In this document: positions 58,223 to 64,000 of the stretch, piece after piece
How positions within the stretch are numbered: position 1 is the stretch's first letter
How the letters are laid out: the number at the start of each line of letters is the position of its first letter
From: Limnochordia bacterium
GTDB taxonomy: Bacteria > Bacillota > Limnochordia > DTU080
DNA length: 64,000 bases
Assembly (NCBI GenBank): GCA_050951545.1
Contig: JBMNJG010000002.1
Location: 32,001 to 96,000, forward strand
Direction of reading: 5' to 3'
Made by a program: the position numbers and the translations under genes
Notes under the pieces: model-generated
The model's database searches: none
What the model saw: only the letters and a program-made list of their open reading frames with translations
What the model was told of the DNA's origin: nothing

Positions 58223-59650
58223 CTACCCCTGTGAGTTGCCGCCTGGCGCGTCGACTGTCCGTGCGGCTGCTTCCTGAGCTGTATCAGCCCCAACTGCCGC
58301 GCCCGTGCCGACACGTGTGATCTGCTCGCGCGCCTTGTATGTGGACCGCGAGACCAACTCCCATTTCTCTCCACTGGCTGCATTGCGCACTCGCCATACG
58401 GAGACGGTGTAGCCCTTGCTTCCCTTTTGGGCAACAACGGTCTTGCCTGCGGGCAGAGCAGGATCACGAATCTGCTGGACAGGCATCGACTTGACGCTCT
58501 CCACTTTGGAGACGAGACGCGCCAAATCTGCCGGCGCAGCGCCCAAGAGCGCTACGATAAGCCTGTTACCGGATGTTGTGGCATGGACGTACAGATGATT
58601 CTCGGTGTTATTGATGAAGCGGAAATCGATGTAGTCATAGGCTACCGCAGCATCGAGTCCGAGCGGCACGTATGTTGAAGGAATGGAGTGCGGGCTGCGA
58701 GATCGAATCCTCAGACCACCAAGAAGCACTGCATTGTACAGGGTGCTCGATACCTGGCAGACACCACCACCGATGTCAGGGACAAGCTCGCCACCGACAA
58801 CCACTGGCGCCTCTTTGTAGCCGTTTTTCGACAAACGTGGACCTACTCGCTGATTGAAGGAGAAGACCTCATGCGGTGCCAACACCGCCCCGTCAAGGGC
58901 CTCAGCGGCCAGCCTAAGATTATGGGCACGGTTAGAGTCTCCGGTGTTGAAGCGCGTTTCGGCACGGGCCACCACATGCTTGATTCCCCAGGTACGAGCC
59001 TGAGCCGTGGCATATACAGGCTGTGTAACTTGCATGGGAGCGACAACCTCTCTGTCAAGCTCAAGCAAGGTAGCAAGCACCGCTTTGCGTAGTGCTGGTA
59101 GATCAATCTCAAGGCCATCCCGACTAGGCATGAGCTTGATGGTGCCATCCGAGAGAAGAGAGAAGCCTGCGTCTTTGGCCGGGCGGTTTATACTTCGCCC
59201 CAGATCCTCCAGAAGGCGATCGAAACGGGAACTTGCCGTCACTTGCAGCGGAATATCCACACCCTTTATTGCTGCCCTGTAACGATCCCGGCTACGATGC
59301 AGCACGTTGCCAGAACGCCCCACAGCTAGCGCCTCTTTGACCATCGCTTCGAGATCGGCAGTGATACCATCTTCGGCAGGATAGATGAAGTGCTCTCCCC
59401 CATTCCACACAATGTGAATGGGACGCTCGACTTTCGCCTGGAGCCCCTTTCTTACGAATGCAACGGCCTCGCTGGAACGCAAGCCCCCTACTGGGATGCC
59501 CGCAATTGAGACCCTAGGTATGATGAGGTCTGCTTTCTCCGAGGAGCCAAAGGCCAGGTACATGCCTAGAAGCCATGAGAAGAAGGCTACCAAGACTAGG
59601 CCCGTCAGACGGACCCGAGTGCGTTGGTGTGTTGAGGCCATGGCTATCAC
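58223..59650 (-). CDS. VanW-family protein with PG-binding_4 and G5 domains
   Basis: N-terminal TM; NRAHNLRLAA, FSFNQRVGPR, GGGVCQVSSTLYNAVL, GLDAAV, DFRFIN; G5-like tail ending RVGT. Confidence 0.9.
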   Translation of the reverse strand: MIAMASTHQRTRVRLTGLVLVAFFSWLLGMYLAFGSSEKADLIIPRVSIAGIPVGGLRSSEAVAFVRKGLQAKVERPIHIVWNGGEHFIYPAEDGITADLEAMVKEALAVGRSGNVLHRSRDRYRAAIKGVDIPLQVTASSRFDRLLEDLGRSINRPAKDAGFSLLSDGTIKLMPSRDGLEIDLPALRKAVLATLLELDREVVAPMQVTQPVYATAQARTWGIKHVVARAETRFNTGDSNRAHNLRLAAEALDGAVLAPHEVFSFNQRVGPRLSKNGYKEAPVVVGGELVPDIGGGVCQVSSTLYNAVLLGGLRIRSRSPHSIPSTYVPLGLDAAVAYDYIDFRFINNTENHLYVHATTSGNRLIVALLGAAPADLARLVSKVESVKSMPVQQIRDPALPAGKTVVAQKGSKGYTVSVWRVRNAASGEKWELVSRSTYKAREQITRVGTGAAVGADTAQEAAARTVDAPGGNSQG

Positions 59651-59798
59651 GCTCCCGTGTTGCTGTAGTTCGAGTTATTTCCACGCGTTTCGAGGATGCT
59701 CCTCTTTCCTATTCTACATATTAGGCCGATAGCCTGGCAGCAGAGATGGTATAGGCAGGGCTGAGTGCGTCATATACTGATGTGGGCTTGTATCTCTT

Positions 59799-60476
59799 GT
59801 GTCCGAGGTGGTCTCTTTGTGGCAAGCGCTTACATCGCCTCTGGTTGCCGATCTTGAACTGAACCATCCTAACCGGGTACACATGGAGCACGAGTCAGCA
59901 GCCAAGACTCTGGCGCTATCCTTGAACGAGCATCTGGCGCTTGTCGCCACACCAGGCACTCCTCCCGTGGTGGTCTGCGTTGGCACAGATCGCTCAACGG
60001 GCGATTCACTGGGGCCTCTCATCGGCACTGCTCTACAAGAGCGCATGCTACCAGCCCCAGTCTATGGTACGCTCGAGGACCCCGTGCATGCCGCCAACCT
60101 AGCTGACGCCTTGGAGAACATCCAAGGCAACCAACCCGAGCAACCCGTTTTGGCCGTCGATGCCTGTTTGGGGCGAGCAGAGAACGTCGGATTTGTGTCT
60201 GTGAGACGAGGAGCTCTGCGCCCGGGAACCGGGGTGAACAAGCGATTGCCTGCTGTGGGGCACCTTCATGTGGTAGGTGTCGTTAACGTCGGCGGATTCA
60301 TGGAGTACCTCGTGCTGCAAAACACGCGGCTTAGTCTGGTCATACGCATGGCCAGTCTTATTGCTGAGGCGATCGAAGTCTGTCTGTGTGAGCTCTGGCT
60401 CTCACAGGCAACTGCATCTCTAAGCGAGGCGAAGCGGATCCCGCGCAGTCGGGTGGCACTGCCTCTTCGACAGTGA
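59799..60476 (+). CDS. yyaC: Spore protease YyaC
   Basis: VCVGTDRSTGDSLGPLIG, YGTLEDPVHAANL, AVDACLG, LQNTRLSLV. Confidence 0.93.
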   Translation: MSEVVSLWQALTSPLVADLELNHPNRVHMEHESAAKTLALSLNEHLALVATPGTPPVVVCVGTDRSTGDSLGPLIGTALQERMLPAPVYGTLEDPVHAANLADALENIQGNQPEQPVLAVDACLGRAENVGFVSVRRGALRPGTGVNKRLPAVGHLHVVGVVNVGGFMEYLVLQNTRLSLVIRMASLIAEAIEVCLCELWLSQATASLSEAKRIPRSRVALPLRQ

Positions 60477-60498
60477 GCAGGCACCACAAAAGGGGGTC

Positions 60499-61716
60499 TC
60501 AGGGAGTCTGCAATCGGGCATAGGCTGCAACCTTTGCCCGATCATACACTAGTTTGAGTGGTAGATCGGTGGCTTGGGCTGTGCGCTGGCAATCGTCGTA
60601 CTCAGGGGCGACGTTGACCACCTCCTGATGCCACCGCCCAAGCTTCACTCGGACCGGGTTTCCTTCTACCTGCACATCCATCCAGTCCCGACGGAGCTTG
60701 TGCCGACGAGCTCCAAGACACCGTACGCCCAGTGTCGTCGTTTCACGCAGAGTTGTCGCTACGCAGGCCTCAACCCCGGTAGGGGCCGATAGCACAGTGA
60801 GCTTGAGGGCTGGCCGACCTTTTTTCATCACGATCGGAGTGAAGTAAGCATCTAGGGCCCCGGCAGACAACAGCTGGTCAATCACATGTTGGCTACACTC
60901 AGGGTTCATATCATCGATATCAGCTTCGAGAACCTCTACATGGTCTTCGTCAAGCCCATCGATCTCGTGCTCGTGACTATGGGCGTCCCTGTGATCGTCA
61001 GCTACGGTGCCGATGGCCAAACGCAGAACGTTGGGAATGGGGAAATGCTTGGTGCCGAGGCCATAGCCTATGGTCTCGACAGTCATTGCGGGCCAAGGAC
61101 CGTAGCCAGTTGCCACGGTGCGCAAGATAGCTGCCCCGGTTGGCGTCGTCAGCTCACCGCGAATTCCAGTGGAATAGACGGGTACTCCACGCAGAATCTC
61201 TAGAGTAGCCGGAGCTGGAACGGGAATCCTGCCGTGAGCGGCCTTCACAAAGCCGCTTCCTAGATGGATTGGCGACACATAGATGGCATCAAGATCGAGA
61301 TGGGCCAGACCCGAGATCGCGCCAACGACATCCACAATGGCGTCGATGGCCCCAACCTCGTGGAAATGTACTTCGGTAGCGGGCACTCCATGGATATGGC
61401 CTTCTGCTTTGGCGATGATCTCAAAAACACGCATCGCTGTCTTCTGCGTCTTCTCAGACAGACTAGACGCCGTGACAATGCTCTCGATATCTTGTATCGA
61501 GCGGTGGACATGCTCACTCGTGGTCTGAGCAACTTCAACGTGCGTACCCGTGATAGCCTCACGGCTTTCCTTCGTTACCTTCAGCTGCCAGCCAGGGAGG
61601 TTAAGGCGATGAAGGTCTTCCTCGAGCGCAGCCACAGGAACTCCGGCATCGACCAGCGCTCCAAGGATCATGTTTCCACTGGCACCAGAAAAGCAATCAA
61701 AGTAGGCGATGCGCAT
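60499..61716 (-). CDS. larC: Nickel insertase LarC
   Basis: YFDCFSGASGNMILGAL, HFHEVGAIDAIVD, ELTTPTGAA, IDDMNPE, MKKGRP, PEYDD. Confidence 0.94.
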   Translation of the reverse strand: MRIAYFDCFSGASGNMILGALVDAGVPVAALEEDLHRLNLPGWQLKVTKESREAITGTHVEVAQTTSEHVHRSIQDIESIVTASSLSEKTQKTAMRVFEIIAKAEGHIHGVPATEVHFHEVGAIDAIVDVVGAISGLAHLDLDAIYVSPIHLGSGFVKAAHGRIPVPAPATLEILRGVPVYSTGIRGELTTPTGAAILRTVATGYGPWPAMTVETIGYGLGTKHFPIPNVLRLAIGTVADDHRDAHSHEHEIDGLDEDHVEVLEADIDDMNPECSQHVIDQLLSAGALDAYFTPIVMKKGRPALKLTVLSAPTGVEACVATTLRETTTLGVRCLGARRHKLRRDWMDVQVEGNPVRVKLGRWHQEVVNVAPEYDDCQRTAQATDLPLKLVYDRAKVAAYARLQTP

Positions 61717-61790
61717 TTGGGGTGTACTCCTCTCTGAACTAGCTGCATCATTTGCATAGGCACCGTGCAAGCTGGCCACCTGCGCGCCGC

Positions 61791-62567
61791 TTACAGTGAC
61801 TGGGGACAACAGGTAGCGATAAGCCGGTTGATGGTGGCGGCCGCGTAGCCTGCGCCAAAGCCGTTGTCTATGTTGACCACGCTTACACCGCTGGCGCAGG
61901 AATTAAGCATTGTAAGCAAAGGCGCGAGGCCAGCGAAATTAGCGCCATAGCCTGTGCTGGTCGGAACAGCGATAACAGGGCGGTCAGTAAGCCCGGCCAC
62001 GACACTTGCCAAGGCTCCCTCCATGCCCGCTACAGCGATGATGACATGAGAATGATCAATGATCGCCTGTTGAGCGAGCAGGCGATGAATGCCAGCCACC
62101 CCCACATCATACACCCGTTCGACCACATGACCCATGGCAAGGAGCGTAACCGCCGCCTCCTCGGCGACTGGAACATCCGATGTGCCTCCAGTCAGAATGG
62201 CTATGTAGCCTGGATAGAGTGGATCTAGTGGGCCCCGACTGATGGTGATCGCTCTGGCGAGTTCGTGATATTGAGCCTCAGGCAAAACCGCTTGTACAGC
62301 CGCAAACGTCCCCGTATCAGCGCGAGTCGCCAAGACTCGGTCATTGCGGGCAAACAGACGGGAGGCTATCTGTTGCACCTGCACTGGCGTCTTCCCAGCA
62401 CAGTAGATGACTTCGGGAAAGCCCTGGCGCTTGGCGCGGTGATGATCGACCTTGGCAAAGCCCAACTCTTCATATGCAGCTCCCGATAGTACGTCTAGTG
62501 CTGCCTCAATATCCGTGCGTCCTGCTTGCAGGTCTTCAAGAAGTCTGCGAATAGCACGCTGATCCAA
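61791..62567 (-). CDS. larB: NPN cofactor biosynthesis carboxylase/hydrolase LarB
   Basis: AKVDHHR, PEVIYCAGK, GTSDVPVAEEA, DVGVAGIHRL, AGMEGAL, VVNIDNGFGAG; GGAGG RBS then TTG. Confidence 0.94.
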   Translation of the reverse strand: MDQRAIRRLLEDLQAGRTDIEAALDVLSGAAYEELGFAKVDHHRAKRQGFPEVIYCAGKTPVQVQQIASRLFARNDRVLATRADTGTFAAVQAVLPEAQYHELARAITISRGPLDPLYPGYIAILTGGTSDVPVAEEAAVTLLAMGHVVERVYDVGVAGIHRLLAQQAIIDHSHVIIAVAGMEGALASVVAGLTDRPVIAVPTSTGYGANFAGLAPLLTMLNSCASGVSVVNIDNGFGAGYAAATINRLIATCCPQSL

Positions 62568-62647
62568 TACAAGTCCTCCCTGGAATCGTGTTCCGCGGTG
62601 CGGGCATGTCGGCGGCCAGCCACGCGTACTCCCCGGCTGCTCAGAAG

Positions 62648-62663
62648 TGTTCCACGTGGAACA
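62648..62663. promoter_or_regulatory. parS centromere site
   Basis: Perfect palindrome TGTTCCACGTGGAACA. Confidence 0.92.
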
Positions 62664-62704
62664 CTTTCTCGTCGAGAGCCACATAGCGATCCAGCGGCAT
62701 CCAA

Positions 62705-62720
62705 TGTTCCACGTGGAACA
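62705..62720. promoter_or_regulatory. parS centromere site
   Basis: Perfect palindrome TGTTCCACGTGGAACA. Confidence 0.92.
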
Positions 62721-62758
62721 TTCCTGCACTGGCTTAACCGCTGCCCCTTTCAGTCTTG

Positions 62759-63901
62759 CTACCCAGACAGTGACCGTAGACGGCGCAAGAAACCACGCGC
62801 CCCTCCCTCTTCCTCCGGAACAGGACGCTGATGCTCAAGCCCCAATAGCCGACTAGCTATTTCCCGAAAATCCTGTGATGCCTGCGCCCTTGGATACTGC
62901 AAGACCACGGCTACCTGTTCGCGCACCGCTCGCCCCACATGCTCATCCTCGCTAATGTACCCAAGCGCCTGTAGCTCGTACTGTAGAAACCGTCTGGCCG
63001 CGAAAACCATCTTATCCGCCACGTCTATACCCTCTTGTGGGGATTGTACCCGATTGACCACAAGCTTGATTGGCAGAACGTAGCCAGCTCGAGAAAGCAC
63101 TTTCACCAATGCGTAGGCATCGGTGATGGCTGGTGGCTCTGGAGTAGTGATCAAAACCGCTTCGTTTGCGGCCACAATGAAGTTCGTGACACTGCGTGAA
63201 AGCCCGCTGGCCGTGTCGATAAGTATCAGGTCAGTGTAGCGTTCCAGGACCCGGAACTGGCGAATCAGATTGGCGAAACTCTCCTCATCAAGCTCGGTCA
63301 GCTCCTGCAATCCCGAGCCTCCAGGCAACACGATAACGCCCCGCGGTCCCTCAACGAGGACTTCAAGAATGTGCCGTCGCCCACTGATGACGTCGGTCAG
63401 AGTGTAATGAGGGGCTAGGTTCAACACCACATCGATATTGGCAGTGCCCAAGTCGCCATCGATAATGCAAACACGCCTGCCGAGATCCGATAGGGCAATG
63501 GCCAAGTTAACAACCGCTGTCGTCTTCCCTACGCCGCCCTTGCCACTAGTCACAGCCCATACCGGAACCTGCAGTTCCTCGCTGCCAATCTTAGGGTCCT
63601 CCGCAAGTGTCTCCAAGACAAGGTAGCGTGCCGACCCAGTCCGCCGCTCACATACCCTGGTGCGAAAATGACGTTCTCCTTCCACGGTGAGAGCCTCTAG
63701 CACCACTGGGGTGCCAACTGGCAGCAGAATCAGCTTGCCCTGCTCCATAGGAACCGCTACTCGAATACCCGCTTCTTCCTCGCCAAGCACAGTGCTCTCA
63801 TAGGGACCGCGGTAGATCGGCGACCCTGGACGAAGAAGCACATTTTGACCCGGTTCGAGGCGCCGCAACCCCTTCGGTCCGCTCGCTTGCACGATGGCCA
63901 T
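62759..63901 (-). CDS. FlhG/FleN-type MinD-like ATPase with an N-terminal flagellar-brake (YcgR-N-like) domain
   Basis: SGKGGVGKT, DGDLGTANID, PGGSG, TTPEPPAITDAYALVK, amphipathic tail GFLRRLRSL; N-terminal YESTVLG..IRVAVPMEQGKLILLPVGTPV..HFRTRV. Confidence 0.8.
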   Translation of the reverse strand: MAIVQASGPKGLRRLEPGQNVLLRPGSPIYRGPYESTVLGEEEAGIRVAVPMEQGKLILLPVGTPVVLEALTVEGERHFRTRVCERRTGSARYLVLETLAEDPKIGSEELQVPVWAVTSGKGGVGKTTAVVNLAIALSDLGRRVCIIDGDLGTANIDVVLNLAPHYTLTDVISGRRHILEVLVEGPRGVIVLPGGSGLQELTELDEESFANLIRQFRVLERYTDLILIDTASGLSRSVTNFIVAANEAVLITTPEPPAITDAYALVKVLSRAGYVLPIKLVVNRVQSPQEGIDVADKMVFAARRFLQYELQALGYISEDEHVGRAVREQVAVVLQYPRAQASQDFREIASRLLGLEHQRPVPEEEGGARGFLRRLRSLSG

Positions 63902-64000
63902 GCCCTCCATTCCATGAAACCGTATCCGCGCAGGCCGAACCCGATACGCGCACCTGCTACTGGCCGACAATCAGCTCATAGATCCGGGTAATGTCTTCTT

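Noticed and set aside
1-64000. tRNA, rRNA, transposase, integrase or prophage genes
   Set aside because: None recognised by eye; a tRNAscan/Infernal/ISEScan run would be needed to exclude them formally.

Overview
This is a chromosomal window from a GC-rich, spore-forming Bacillota (Firmicutes) member. It is probably a diderm lineage such as Limnochordia; that is inferred from yyaC, the Re-citrate synthase and solute-binding proteins without lipoboxes. Bases 1-36 kb are an accessory glycan-foraging region. It holds two YetA/PL26-like secreted proteins (one missing from the ORF track because it runs off the left edge), a modular PL10-like lyase and a skeletal mini-paralogue of it. It also holds four orphan ABC solute-binding proteins, tandem GH20s, GH78, GH35, an unassigned TIM-barrel hydrolase, an esterase and a DEAD-box helicase. 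A duplicated vWA-protein/clostripain module sits within it, and duplication and deletion scars are common. Bases 36.9-39.3 kb carry a double-HTH plus Vsr/DUF559-like endonuclease gene. Upstream of it are three copies of a 160-350 bp non-coding unit with a covarying hairpin. Bases 40-64 kb are core, oriC-proximal genes: ychF, Re-citrate synthase with a CitR-like regulator, DUF951, an MscS-ParB fusion, fhs, pheA, lipM, gcvT/H/PA/PB, ilvE, a VanW-family gene, yyaC, larBC, two perfect parS sites and a YcgR-N/FlhG fusion. The strongest candidates for new biology are the endonuclease with its repeat array, the vWA (C-terminal SRGIxW)/clostripain pair and the MscS-ParB fusion. All family calls are motif recognition by eye; no database searches were run.
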